NCBI GenBank assembly: GCA_051362555.1
Contig: CM120640.1
Span: forward strand, 14,384,001 to 14,448,000
Length of the DNA: 64,000 bases
Direction of reading: 5' to 3'
From: Lingula anatina
Taxonomy: Eukaryota > Animalia > Brachiopoda
Below, in pieces: positions 26,761 through 41,062 of this stretch (the stretch's first letter is position 1; every line of letters starts with the position of its first letter). The notes beneath the pieces were generated by a model that was given only the letters and a program-made list of their open reading frames with translations, did no database searches and was not told the DNA's origin. A program made the position numbers and the translations under genes.

Positions 26761-27103
26761 GATGCTTTATTGGCCCTATATGGACCTGTCGCATTGAAAT
26801 TATCTTTAGTTTCTGCCCTTCCGTCTTCTAGTGACTCAATATGGCGGAAGTGATCACGTGACATGTGACTAGCACCGACACATTTTTCTGTGACATTATG
26901 GCAAACGATACACTTATAATAATAAATTGCTTCAAATTAATAATTTTTGTAATTTTACAAATACAAAACGCAATTTCAGGATGAGGGTACAAAATAGGAC
27001 AATATTGAGTATATTTTGTGCGAGTCTATTATCATATCCAACTTCCTGTTCGATTTTACATACGCATGTACGAGAAAGTTCTGAAGTTATTTCTCAGTTG
27101 ATC
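26761..27103. promoter_or_regulatory. Bidirectional promoter between CIN85/CD2AP and CHORDC1
   Basis: Divergent ATGs ~343 bp apart. Clustered TGACTCA (26832), AATATGGCGG YY1-like overlapping CGGAAGTG ETS-like (~26838-26852) and TCACGTGAC E-box (~26854-26862). Locally CpG-richer. Confidence 0.65.
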
Positions 27104-30100
27104 ATGGTTTTATTAACGTGTTACAACAAGGGTTGTGGACAGAAATTCGACCCTGCGACCAACAGCGATGGTAAGACTCGGTGATGTATTTATTTATATT
27201 TTTATTGAGGAATGTTTTGGCTGTCGGCTTTTCCTATGCTTGTTTTGCTTTCATCAACAAAGCGTGTGGTGTGTTTGGTTCTAGTTTGGGGGTTTGATGT
27301 TGGTTTTTGACATTTATTGAACTGGCATGAATATCCCTTTAAATTATTAATGATCCAGTAAATGTTCTGAGTATGTAGATTGCCGTTATTCACACCTGCG
27401 GGATTAAAAGAACTCATATTCGTTTATTTGGTATAAACAACTCAGTGCTTTAAAATTAATCTTACCTAGGCCATTATGCACCAACGTCACTTATATTCTT
27501 TTCATGACGCCACAGAATCAGAAAAATTGGGGATATGAGGCAATCATCACTTTTTATAGAGGTTTAACAAGTGATATTTTATAGTTTTTAAGCATACATT
27601 TTCACCTCTCCATCTTCACTTAGATTTTATGTAATTAATTTAATGAAGACCAGTTCTAGCGCGATGGTTTCTGTCACGCTCGGCTGTCACCTTGATTGGA
27701 AAGTAAACGATTGTCGTAAAATCGCTAAATGATATTAAAACCGGGTGCATAAACTTGAAAACCACCTACAACAACCTTGGACTACCACATTAATCCAATA
27801 CAATGCAAAAATAAACTATAACAAGTGGTTAAAGCCTTCAAACCGAATGTCGTAAAGTCCCCATATACCTCCATAGAGACAATAAAATAGAATGAGCTTC
27901 TGAAACAAACCTGATCCAGTTCCAACAGAATAATCGAAATAAAATACTGCTGGGCATCGGAGCGGCCTAAAACTTGGCACGCTCACCGCTAATACTGCAG
28001 GCTACATCATCCAGTCGCTCGTTTGTAAATTCCGTGCATGGCATACGCACAATCAAACCGTAAAAAACAAATTCTCGGGGTGTCGTTGGCTAGGTCCACG
28101 CAACAATCCAATTCAGGAAATGACGTAACCGCAGAGGTCGCATTGTCCAAAGGCATGGCTTCTTTTTCGTAATGGTAGGTTAGAGTGGACCTGGCCAACG
28201 ACACCCCGAGAATTTGTTTTTTACGGTTTGATTGTGCGTATGCCATGCACGGAATTTACAAACGAGCGACGGAATGATGTAGCCTGCAGTATTAGCGGTA
28301 AGCGTGCCAAGTTTTAGGCCGCTCCGATGCCCGGCAGTATTTTATTTCGATTATTCTGTTGGAACTGGATCAGGTTTGTTTCAGAAGCTCATTCTATTTT
28401 ATTGTCTCTATGGAGGTATATGGGGACTTTACGACATTCGGTTTGAAGGCTTTAACCACTTGTTATAGTTTATTTTTGCATTGTATTGGATTAATGTGGT
28501 AGTCCAAGGTTGTTGTAGGTGGTTTTCAAGTTTATGCACCCGGTTTTAATATCATTTAGCGATTTTACGACAATCGTTTACTATCCAATCAAGGTGACAG
28601 CCGAGCGTGGTTTCTGTAAGTTTTTAAAGCATTGTTAAATTAGGTGATGTAAGGAATAGATCAACTTTTATATTTCATCAATGTCAGTCTAGGCAGCCAT
28701 TGATACAGGAGGCAGGCAGGTGGTGTCACATTCAAAGAATCAAATTCATTCAGTTTCTATTTAGAAAATATTTTGGATATTTTAACTGAGGTCTGTAGAT
28801 GGCATCTATAAAATGATTGGTAGTACACAAACTTATCCCCAAATTACACAGAAAACCTCTAAGGTTTTAAAGGAAAGTGTTTATTACACATGCATATGGA
28901 TGGTTCCCACTGAGCAGGTATGCCATATATGGTGTGTGTAATATAACATCTAAGGTCATAGGCATTAGGAAAATGGATTACAATGTTATCATGTTCCTAT
29001 TAATGATAAGAAATGTATGACTCAGAATTTTTATTGCCTTATCCCATTGACAGAGGAGGACGGTTTTGTAAACTATGTAGTGAAGTTGACTAGATTTATT
29101 TATTTATTTTACTTGAGATGTGTACTTATGATGCTTCCAGAGGCTTGTGTCCACCACCCAGGGGTGCCAGTGTTCCATGATGCCCTGAAAGGCTGGTCTT
29201 GCTGCAGGAAAAGAAGTACAGACTTTACAGAGTTTCTCAACATCCCAGTAAGTGATAAATGCCTATGATTAAAATAACTAATATTGTATGTGTTGAAAAC
29301 GGTTTTAATATTTTTTAAAGGTCATAACAGAAGGGCTTTTTTTACTATTATTATGTTTTTTTCTTTTAACATTTAACATTTATAAATCAAAACTATAAAA
29401 CATTGTCTTACATTGATTGGTTTTATTTGCAATTAGGGGTGTTCAAAAGGTCCACACAGTAATGAAAAACCCCCTGAGCCAGAAAAGAACACAGAAGAAG
29501 ATCCAGCATATAAAGAGGAGGTAAGTGTTTTCAAAATACTCAGACATTACATAATAAAACTCAATGTATTGTATATTCAAAAATCCAAATATTGCAGGCA
29601 CAGACATTTTCTTATACATACAGTAATTAATCTATGATATTGGAGCCAAATAAAGGTATTCCAACTGCTTTTCCTAACTACTGCATTAAATTTTGGGGAA
29701 AAAACTTTTATGGAAGCATAACATGAGATGAAATATTACTTTTACCTCAGAGGGCGGAGTTTGAAATTATAGTGTGTCCATTTAGGCTGTTAATGCTCAA
29801 ATTTTTATCAAATTACTGGGGTTGACTACACTACTGATTGATGTTAGTCCAAAAGTCAAAAAGTTTATAGGAATGAATACCCAAGAAATTTTTTGCTCAA
29901 ATAATAGCTATAACCAAAAAAAAAAATGAATATTAAGTTAGAATAAAAAACCTTAAAAAAGAGAAGCTATTAGTGGTATGTAGATTGAATCGGTGTTTAA
30001 TACCTACGCTGGCCTGTCTTAACCACAAGCAATCCCTTTTTTAAATGACTGTGACAATATCTAACATTTTGATGTTCATGGACAGACAGGAGTAATTTTA

Positions 30101-32075
30101 CTTTGAATAATGTTGCCCTAGGTCATAGTTGTGCAACCTCCAAAAATAGCTGCTCCTTTAGAACGTCCACCTGCTGATGAGCTGATGGTCAATCTACCAG
30201 TCACAGTTTCACCCAGTCTCAAGCAAGCTTTAGAGAAAAAATTACAAGAATTATCACTGAAATCAGAAATAGTAGAAAATGGTGGGTTGAATATATATGA
30301 CTATTGTATCTGATGTAAATGTAATTTGTTGTAAGCGTATGATTTTTGTGAAGACAAAAGTTGAAGATGGTAAGATTTTACTAAAAATGTTATGTCTTTT
30401 ATATTAAGGATAGAGATGAAATTATTTGTGTAAATATAACAAGGTCATTTCGATTTCAGGACTTAAGACAGGATATGTTATTTTGTACTAATTGCATTCT
30501 TTTCAGATTCAGCAGAGACCCAAGGAGTGCCAGTAGGAACATGTTGCAAAAATAATGCCTGTAAAAAGGTAGGAGTTGGTGAAAAACACTGCCCTCATGT
30601 AGATTAAAGAAAATTTGCATTATTAGAAATATTCATACTTAAAGACCATTTTACATGTTGTAGAATGTGATGTATGTCAAGAAAAGTGATGGTGGTGTCA
30701 GAAACTGTTATTTTTCATTTTCCAGAGATATGAAGATGAGAGCAGCAACTCAGATACATGTGTATTTCATCCTGGTGTCCCTATATTTCATGAAGGGTAG
30801 GCACTGAAAGATTTCGTATTTTATTTCATTTCCCATTAAAACAGCAAATTTGATTTTAAGTTCTGCCCCCACACCCCATGTTTGAAAAGTTATTTAGTGG
30901 AAAAGCTAAAGCAAAAAATTGAAAGCATATTATGCAGAAAAAAGTTTTTTTAAGTTTTTCAAAACTATTTTTTCAGGTTAAAATATTGGTCTTGCTGCAG
31001 AAGAAAAACAACAGAGTTTGACAACTTTTTAGAACAAGAAGGGTGTGCACGGGGAAGTCATAATTGGTTTAAAAAGGAGGTATGAATCTCTGGTGTTAAT
31101 TGCAAGAAGTAGCCGCTTAATGGTATCGCCTTTCTGTTATTCCTTCCAGTGTTCTTGTGTTAACCGCTATGCTCAAGGACAACAGAAAATCTCCAGGCTA
31201 TGTTTACTTCGTGATTTTTAAAATATGTATATGTTTCTGTTAAAATTGTCTAAACGTGTTTTAATACTTCTCAATTGTAGTTTGACTTACGTTTGTCTTC
31301 TGAATTTTTTCAGGATTCTGCACAGAAGGTGGTGTGTCGGTATGACTGGCATCAGACACCATCAGCTGTCTCAGTAGCAGTCTACTCCAAGGTCCCAGTC
31401 CCAGAAAAGTCATTTGTACAAGCCAATGCTGTCAAGCTGAATATTCATATAGAATTTGAGGGAGGAGAGAAGATTTATGATAATGATTTTATATTACACG
31501 GGGTGAGTTAAAGTTTGAAAAGTGATGGATCCAAATTGGGTACAGAAGATAAACTACCATGTTCTTGGTATTGAACTGAAATTTAAATAATAACAATAAT
31601 AATAAAGTATTCAATAAAACTACTCTCCACATTGTCTCAGAACTGTGCACACTATGAAAATATCTTCTTTGTATCAATTTAATTTGTGATTTATTATTTT
31701 TTTTTTTTTGCTGGTAAACTATGTTTTATAAATATCTTGATAAACAGAAATTATGGCAGTTAACAACCCCCTTTTAATTAAAGAACATCTTATTGGAATA
31801 ATGATAGGAAAATGTTATTCTTATATCCACACTATGGTAATGCTAATTTGATAATAAATAAATATGTATTCAAACAAGTTAATGGTATCTTTTTTTCTCT
31901 GCAGGTTATAGATCCTCAAAAGAGTAATGTTAAAATGATGGGAACAAAAGTAGAGATAAACTTGAAGAAAGCTGAGCCTGGCAGTTGGGCCAAGTTAGAA
32001 CTTCCTCCTGAACTTGTTCAAAGTAATGAACTAGAGGTGGTCACAGATGATATGAAAGTGGTGCAGGATGAATAA
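27104..32075 (+). CDS. CHORDC1: Cysteine and histidine-rich domain-containing protein 1 (morgana/CHP-1): CHORD-CHORD-CS
   Basis: [17 protein letters not shown]; [20 protein letters not shown]; second [23 protein letters not shown]; CS domain CRYDWHQT...[14 protein letters not shown]. Exons ~27104-27170, 29141-29247, 29437-29520, 30122-30281, 30507-30568, 30726-30796, 30977-31079, 31314-31502, 31905-32075. Confidence 0.95.
27675..28609. mobile_element. Foldback-type non-autonomous DNA transposon with ~425-bp inverted arms
   Basis: Arms 27675-28099 and 28185-28609 are near-perfect reverse complements (a handful of mismatches) around an 85-bp spacer. 8-bp direct repeat GTTTCTGT flanks both ends (27667-27674, 28610-28617). 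Confidence 0.9.
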
Positions 32076-35000
32076 ACAATATATGGGCACTGCTCCTGGA
32101 AAACTTGGAAGAAATCTTTGAAAGGCTGACTGTATCCCCCAATAAAAATCTTTTTAGCCAAAGCCCTTTATCCTAAACATTTTTGTATGTCATATTATCA
32201 TAAATGTGTAATTTAAAATAGTCCTTGTTTGTAGAAAGATGTGTGAGCATATATATTTTTTGTGGTGTGGTAGTCTTCTGTTTTCAAACCCTCGAAAATA
32301 CTTATTCTCTTTTTTATAACTCTTTTAATTTTATCTGTGCTTAGGAGTGTCAAGTCAAACATCTGTGTCATAATTTTTCTACTTAAAATAAAACTGCAGT
32401 GAAATCGGGGGAGAAGAGAAGACTGGTGCTGTTAGTAAAATGAAGTCTTATATAGAAACAAAGTAAATGATACATTCTGCTTATTTCGTAAGGTAGATAT
32501 TTTGTCCTGAAACCCATGATTGCCCATTTTCCTGCAAAGTATTACCTAAGTCATTGGCTCGTTTCATGTTTACGTGGAATGTCTAAATCTATGTGAAATG
32601 TAGTAGTTATCAGGAGGGTCATTGCTGATGAGTTGTCAGTGGACAAGCATCGAAAAACCCTGATGTTATCGACAGTGTAGAAGCAGTACTCAAAAATATT
32701 CCATGAAGAAATGGTGGACCCTACTTCTTTGCATGGCTTAATTGAAGTGTATGGTCACAGACATTGATTGTATATTTTTGTCAGAGCTATTTCTAACTTT
32801 TAATCCGGAATTATTTTTTGGGCTGAAAGTGAGTAACTTGTCTTTGAAAAGTGCAATTTAAAAAAATGTTAAGGACAAAAAACTACAGAATGCCACCTTT
32901 GTAAAGTTTGAAATCAAATGTCAAGTTTTTGTTTAAACATTTCAAATAAGCTATTGCATCGTTATTATTTATGACAAGTGGAACAAATAAAAATCTCATA
33001 GTGTTTTAACTGTTATCTTTGTTTTCTCTTCTTTTGCTGAATATTGAGTTTTCTACTTCTTGCACCTTGAGCTACAAACTTCTTCAAGAAAGTGGCAAGC
33101 TCCCCTTTCCTAACCACGTTGCCTTTACAACGCCCTGACATAAGAACGAATCTTCATTCATGGAGTTCAATCATTTGTAAATAAAAAAACTAAATAATAA
33201 ACGAGTTCTAATTCTTGATTATTGCTAAAGTACAATTATATGTTTTCTCTTCTCCAAATACACCGTGAGAAAGATGATTACTTATAAAAGTGTTTGTTTC
33301 ATCAAACGATTGAGAATAACCCCCAGCCTTGAAATTAATAATCTGCTGCAAGCTGTGCTTCTCTGCTTTATCTTGCGAAACTTGAAAGTAATACAATGTG
33401 TGTGAACATAGCTCTCTCGCTTTTGTGACCAAATATGCCATAAAAATATGGAGCAGGGGCTCTGTCTACTTTTAAAAACGTCATTGAAATGTTACGTCGC
33501 GGATTAGATCCACTGTTCACCGATGTCCGACGTAACTAAATATTTTGCCATTATCTGGATCCCCCAACGTCTCCTTCAGCTAAGATTAAAATATGTTATC
33601 GACTTTCAGATTTGTCAAAAGGTATACTTTTCTTGTAGCAACTTAATTTGATGACGGGAGACAAGCTTTAAAAGACAAAAGTCGAATTTTGGAAGAGACC
33701 GTTAAAAACATTTTTGGTTGTTTCGTCGGCCTTATGTCTGGTAAAATATCGAAATTGAAAGTGAAGTCTAAAAAGGATAAAAATCCGTGTAATCAAATCA
33801 AAATTTGCAAAATGTTCGCAAATGCCCTACTCGCGTGGAAAAGGGTGTGTTATTTAAGCCTAAAACAGTCTCGACTCAAGGCTGAAAACGAATTCGAAAT
33901 CTTCAACTGTAGTGTCCCGCTTTATGATATCTTCCCCGTTCCAGAGACGATCACTTGACACTTCAGATTCCCGACTCCATATGGTGTCATCCTCTACGGC
34001 TTTAGGCGAGACCGCTGTCGGCCGAAATGTATATTTTCTGAATAACCCTGTCAGGCGTTTCGATTTTTGGATAAACTGACTTCTTTCGCCGTCAATGAGT
34101 GACGTTAGATGTTAGGAGACAATACGCATTCTGCATTAAACCTGGACAACGTTGGACACATTACTCTTCTTGTCGATGGTGAATGCTTGTTGGAACTTGT
34201 TCTTCAGTGTTAAAGATTGGGTTGCTGTATTTGTACCGTGATATTAAGGTCTGCTCTTTCCTTCCACGGAAAAAGGGTAGAAAACCTTGAAAAGTGCGAA
34301 ATTATCATAGGTTTGAAACAAATTCATTAAATGAGTAGGCTAATATAAGGTAATAATTTTGGTCAAAATAATCCCACTTGTTTTTTAGACAATTTCAGTG
34401 GACATTGACTGGTCTCCTTCACGGTTTATTTAGCAACTGTTATAAGAATTTGCCCAAAACTTTCTGAAACTAGGCTATTCGAATTTCCGTAAACCGTTCT
34501 TAATTTAGTATCATCTTCCGGCTCATTGCTTGAGATACAGACAATGCTTCAAATAACTGAAAGTGAGAGCTGATAAATTTTTAACATCAGAAATATACCT
34601 GAAATCCTTTTTTGTCCACATTCGAGGAACTTCCAAGAAGCACATACCAGAATGATGATAAGTAACCCTAGGCCTAGTAGCCCCAGTAACGTCCACAATG
34701 CTACAGCAGAGTTGTTATCCATTGAGATAAATATAGTATCTGCACGGTCTATTGGTCGTTAGAGGGGAAAACACGGCGAGACGATCCCAGCATCAAGATT
34801 CATTATAAACTTTATATTTTATCCCGAAAAATCGCGCCCTCCCTGACGGTTTGATAGTTTTAGGTGCGACTTAACCAAAATTTTGCTTAATAATATAACT
34901 TCAGTGAAATTGGTATCCTGTCGACCTCATATTTGTGTTTTATCCTGAAATTACCGACAGACTCGTACAACGAAGGTCTTTAGAGGAAAACTCATTTGTG

Positions 35001-36358
35001 TAAAACCTTATATAAGAGCTTATCAAGCGTACAAATCACAAATTTGAGCTAATAACATAAACAGGCTTACATTCACCATGCCAAAACTAACAAAGCGAAT
35101 ACAATGGGTTGCAGCATGAGTCTGTGTTTGGCAAGAACAAGCGCTTTGAATAACAGCTAACAGAAGTTTTCGTACGTGTATGGATAATTTTAACAAAACC
35201 ACCTGGCAGTTTTTTAATATGGTGTTGTGTTAATACACACGCCTGGGCAACTGTCGGTTATTCTTACTCTCCATTAATTGTTTACAATCATATCGAGGAA
35301 GGTTTTCAAAAGGGGCAATTTGGAATGTGCTTTTTAAAACCCAAAATTTATTTTTATGTTAGTGAAGTTTAGTGAAATGCAGTTTAATCAAGTGTTAATA
35401 ATTTTGCATTGACCTTAATCAAATTTTTTTAAATTTCTAAACCGTGGTAAAAATTATAAAATACTGACGTTAAAGCCGGCACCATTCGCTGCACTTTCAT
35501 CAATGAGACAAGTTAGCTGTAGTAAGCACGCTAGGCGGTAACCTTAAAATTGTTTAAAATACTTTATCGATTTTGATGTTTTTTACATTATGGTAGAGAA
35601 GTGTGATATCATAATAATCAATGTATGTTAACTTGTTTTAGGATTCATTTACCAAGTGAGATGATGACCAAGCGCGCTACTAAACGATTCAACAAAATAC
35701 GCATTACAGTATGCTACTTCAAAATAATTCAAACGTTTTAATAAAGTTTTGATGTTTTTGTAATGATCTCTTTCTGCAAAATCCAGTATTGGCCACACAC
35801 TTAGATCAACTCAGATGTTTTCTGATATAAAGTTCTCCGGACTTATTAATTGTATCTACGATTTTTTTAGTCTTTGGTTAGTTCCTTTTGAAAATAAAAC
35901 ATTTATTAGTGTTCTTTACTTAAGTCTCTTCTAAAATTTTCTGTCCCAAGCCCAAAGATGTCTCAAAAGGTGCACTTCGTATGTAATTGAAAGTTTATTT
36001 GATAGAGATGACTGGCAGAGAACTTCAGCATGCTCCAACGAGACAGCCATTTGAAAATTTAGTAGCTGACACACGTTGTATGTACATGAAGGTCAAAATA
36101 CAGTTTATTTGGTTAAGATGTAAAAAAACTATGCAGACAATGACATTCTTTATTCAACTATGACTCCTAAGAAACAATATATTTCAAACAATATATTTCA
36201 TCATTCAAATAAATTCAAAATCTTTTCTTTTGAATTTATTCCTTAAAATGTCTATTGAAACATCCACCAAGAATAGCTTTCCATATTTGTTGCATTATCC
36301 TTTATCAAAAAACTTCAGTACACTGCACATAAAAATACTGCATCTCTGGCTACATATT

Positions 36359-39300
36359 TTACTCTGCATTTTGTCTTGCTAGTTTTCTAGCTAAGTATCT
36401 GGCCTTCGCATCACTTACAGCCTGTTCATCATTTCTACGTGCATATTTATTTTTCTTTTCATCCTGTTTATCACCTTCCCTTTCAAGGGCTTTCTTACTG
36501 CCGCTATGCTTATTTTTATCTTTTCTCTTATTTTTAATATCGTCTTCTTCTTCTGAACTTGTCTGATCTCTGTCAAGATCTTCATCTGGGTTTTCAGGTG
36601 CTTTGTCCATGGCTGTGTCTCTCAGGGTTTCCCTTCTGGATAAATAATAAATAACATATAAATAATGAATGTGGCTAAATGGACTGGACTGAAAATAAAT
36701 AAAAATTCCCAAGATTTTTAAAATTTATTAAAATTTAATTTAACATATCCCCAACAAATAAATGTTTTGACTGGATATCTTTTCTGACAGCTATATCAGG
36801 ATCTTTGAGTATTAATACATAAGTATGAACATATCTGGCAATTTTTAAATGAATTTCTTATGACAATACCTTTCTCTATCTTTCTTTACTTCATCCTGGG
36901 AAAGCCTCCTGTTTACTTCCATTTTCTCAGTTTCCATTTTTCTGCCAGTGTCTTTGCTTTTATTCCTTTCTCCGCTTTTGCTATCATACTTTCTATCTCT
37001 TTCCCTATCTTTCTCCTTATCTCTCCTATCTCTGTGTTTATCTCTGTCTTTTCTATCTCTGTCTCTATTTCTGTCTTTCTTTCCATCTCTTGAATGTCTA
37101 TCATCATGTCTGTCCCTCCTGTCACGAGACAGCCTGCGTTCATCAGGTGAACTGTCCCTGCTATGATCTCTTTGTTCCGAGTCCTTGTCCACTCTCTCTT
37201 TGGAAGAGTGCTCTCTTTGAGAGTGCCTAACATCTTCCTCTTTATCCATTCGCTCAGGTGTACTGTCTCTGCTGGAACTCTGGTTTCTCTGACGATAACT
37301 CCTTTGCTTTCCTTGATCCCTAAATTCCAAAAAGAAACATATGAATCATTAACATTATACTGTCAAAATAACTGTCTACAAGTGAAATAAAATCTTAAAC
37401 TGTATGTCAAGGGAAAGGGGAGAGATACATGAAACATATTCTGTGTGTTATACTTTGTAGCTTAGTCAACCAGTCCTATTTTACATGGATAAAGTTTTAA
37501 AAATCTATTACTGGAGGATAGTTCCACTTGGACTTGTTTATCAGAAGACGAGCTGATATCTCCACGAGGGAGATGCTTTGTCATCAAATGTAATAAATTG
37601 CAAGTTCAGAAATATATGGGCTTTGGAGAATGTCTTTTCTTACCACCAGGAGAGTTAAAAGCAGAATGCTTCAGAAAGTGGGCTACCTGGGTTTGCATAT
37701 GTAATGTAATGACCTGTTCATGTTTGCAAAACTTTTAATATTGCTGGGTATCAATATACTTGCCGATGTTTAACTTTGGAATTCAAGCCATCACTTTCTT
37801 CTTTTGGATCCTCCACTTTAACTTCAGTCTCTTCACTGAAAAATCAATGGTATATGACATGCAAGGAGTGAATGATCCCAATTAAAACATTTAGATGTAC
37901 TGAAAAATAAAAATAAATAAAAAACAAATAAATCAAATATGAACTATAAAAATTATCCACCAATAGTTCCATTTTTTGCCAAAAAATAAACTATCAGCAT
38001 CATAATCCAGCAAATACAAGACAAAACAAGTCCATAATGGCAACCATACACTGTCTATGTAATACTAATACCTTTCAGCTTTCACTTTTTCTTCAGGTTT
38101 GGTGACCTCTCCTGTAGTTTGGTTCAGCAGGTGTCTGTAGAACCCGCTCAGATCTTTCTGCTTGGTCACATCCATCATGGCTGAAAAAGTGAGGATATGC
38201 CACAAGATTTAGACAGCAATGACAGAAATTAGTAATACTTTGCTCCTTTACTGTTTTGCACAATCAGTGCTTGTTGTTACATGATAAAGCATGTATTTAT
38301 CTTAGGCCAAAGTGACTATCTAGTCTGTTAGTATTGCAAATAGTTTTCAACACAATAAGAATTGAAGAAAGAAAATAAACCTTGGGATTACAAGAAGTAG
38401 TGCGTACTCTCTTTAAGTGTTTGGCAATAATTACTGATGTAGCAAACTTGGTCCAATCAATGGAAATTTTCCCACTGATATTTTCCTACTTTACATAAAA
38501 CATAAATTTATACTGTTACAGTCTTTGTTCCTTTTCTTGTACCATAAATTTTGTAAAAGATGCAAAGCTCAGAGAGCTACAAACCACAATTACTGAATAA
38601 TATGTATTACAACTTGGAATATTTTTCTATAAACATCGTCATCCAACCAGGGTACTATTGCACATATTGCTACAAAATTAATGTACAAGAAGAAATAATA
38701 CCATCCATTTCTTCCTGTCTTTTTAGTTTTTCCTCTTCTTCTTGCAACTCTAACATTTTCTTTTTATATGCTGATGTCACAAAAGCATCCTTGTCTGCAA
38801 ATTCTTCTCCTTCCTTTTCACGCTCCTTCTGGACTTGTCTCTCAACTCTTCTCTCTTGTTCCCTTTTACGCAGTTCTGCTTGCTTCAGCAGATTGGCGAT
38901 GTACTTAGGCTGTTAATAAAACAATGCATAGGCTGTTTATAAGAACATACGACAAAACTGTAAATAGAATAATGCTTTGGCTGTAAAAAAATATGATGGT
39001 TGTGTTAAAACACATGCTCTGTTTGTACTAAAAGACATTAAAAATCAGTTCTTCCTGTGGAGTAAAAGAAAATGTAGCCCCTAGTCATTAGACCAGTTCT
39101 AAAAACAAGAGTAGAAGTTAAACATCTTCTCTTAAAGATGATATCTGTTACAAACAATGACAATGATAAATCATATTTTTAAAGAGATAACTGTTAAATT
39201 TCTCTAAGTTAACTTGAATAGGTGCATTTACAGTCAAATACTTTCACCGCTTATTCATTTCATTAAGAAAAAAAGTTCCTATCACATACAAACTAAATGT

Positions 39301-40968
39301 GCACAGGTTATTCATACAATGGGTATTGACCTTTTTATCAGTTTCTTTCTGAACAGCAGGAATTTTTGCTGCTTTCTCCTTCTGCATGTCTTCATAGATT
39401 GCATCATATTCATACACTGTGGGGTCATCAGCCAAAGCCTGGTCTATTTCAAGCTGAGTCTGAAAAAAAAAAAAAAAAAACGGTATTTTCTATTCATTTA
39501 TTGATACCTCTGATGCTGAAAATTCAACAGTGTAAAAACTTTTCATATGTATTCGACTTAAAAAAAGAAAAGAAAAACAAGAAGCTGTACTGAAATGTCC
39601 TCAGTACAAAATTTGAAACACATTCTGTGTCAAATTACAACATAAGCTCCAAGTCATTAGTTTAAGCAGTATAATTTGGGAATTTCTAAAATAAAGCAAT
39701 ACATCTCAGAAACAGTAAGAAATACAAATATTTTCCATGTTTATTCTAACCTGTCTTTTAACTTTGGATTTGTGTGCCTCTTTCTTAAGAGTCTTCTCCA
39801 GTGTTGCTTGTGGGGTCTATTAGCATAAAAACAGAGACAGGGATATGATACATTTTTTTTATTAAAGTAAAAACTCATGATGTGCCAGATTGCAATCTAT
39901 ACAGTAAAACCAATTAATACATTTAAAATCACCAAATCCTCATCAAATTAATAATATTTCATACATCATCATGTAGAGCAATTGACTAAATTCACTTGGT
40001 TTTTCACATCTTTTTTTTTTTTTTTTGGTCAATTATCTTCAGATATTGATTAAGTTATATCATATAAGCACATAACAAAACATATAATTTTATAATTCAA
40101 CCTGTACCTGTATATAACTTCAAAGTAAAAAACAAGGCAGCAAAGCTGTCAAATGTACAGACAAAAAACAGAAAATAAAGATGCAAAAAAGGTCATTTTG
40201 TCAATTTTGATGCAATAATAAATAATGCTTATAATAGCACTGTCAGTCAACACTGAATTTTAATCTTGCACAACAGGTAACATGGTCAATAACAGGAGCA
40301 GACCCAGAGATATTTTCTGACAGTATTACAAAGTATCTATGTTGATCCATCCTCCATTTTGATGGTCTTCCAACAGAAAAAAATAGATACCAGTCAATAT
40401 AAACTTAATAATCTGACTGTCTTCCGGAAGACCCAGAAGATGGTCTCAATCCACCCCTACAATAAGATTACAGTTTCAGGACCATGAGAGTTCAAATTCA
40501 CATTATGAAAGTGTCAATATTTGAAAAATGATGACAGTGCATAAAATAATATTACATAATGTTTAAAGACATAAAAAACAATACAACTTATGTAGAAATA
40601 CAGAAAATGTGCAGAGCCCCAGGCAGATGAGAGTTAAAAGTCACAAATGCAAGTGTTTGAGAAAAAATAATAAAGGAAAACAACAAAACTTGAAAAGCAC
40701 TTTGAGAGTGCAGACCTCTGCCAAGGCAGCAATTGTTGATTATTATTGATAATTGATTGATTATTGATCCGGACCACCACCAAAAATTAATCATTGTCCT
40801 CTTTGGCCCACTTCCGACAGTTCCTGAAAATTTCTGCAAAATCGGTCCATAACTTTTTGTGTTATGTGGATGACAGACAAACAGGGGTGAAAATATAACC
40901 CTCTTGGCAGAGCTTGAGGTAAATATAATTCCAATGAAGATGCTATTCAAACTTTTAATCTTCCAGTT

Positions 40969-41062
<94 letters not shown>

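Noticed and set aside
28007-28246. 79-aa ORF in the foldback centre
   Set aside because: Spans the palindromic arms; no recognisable domain
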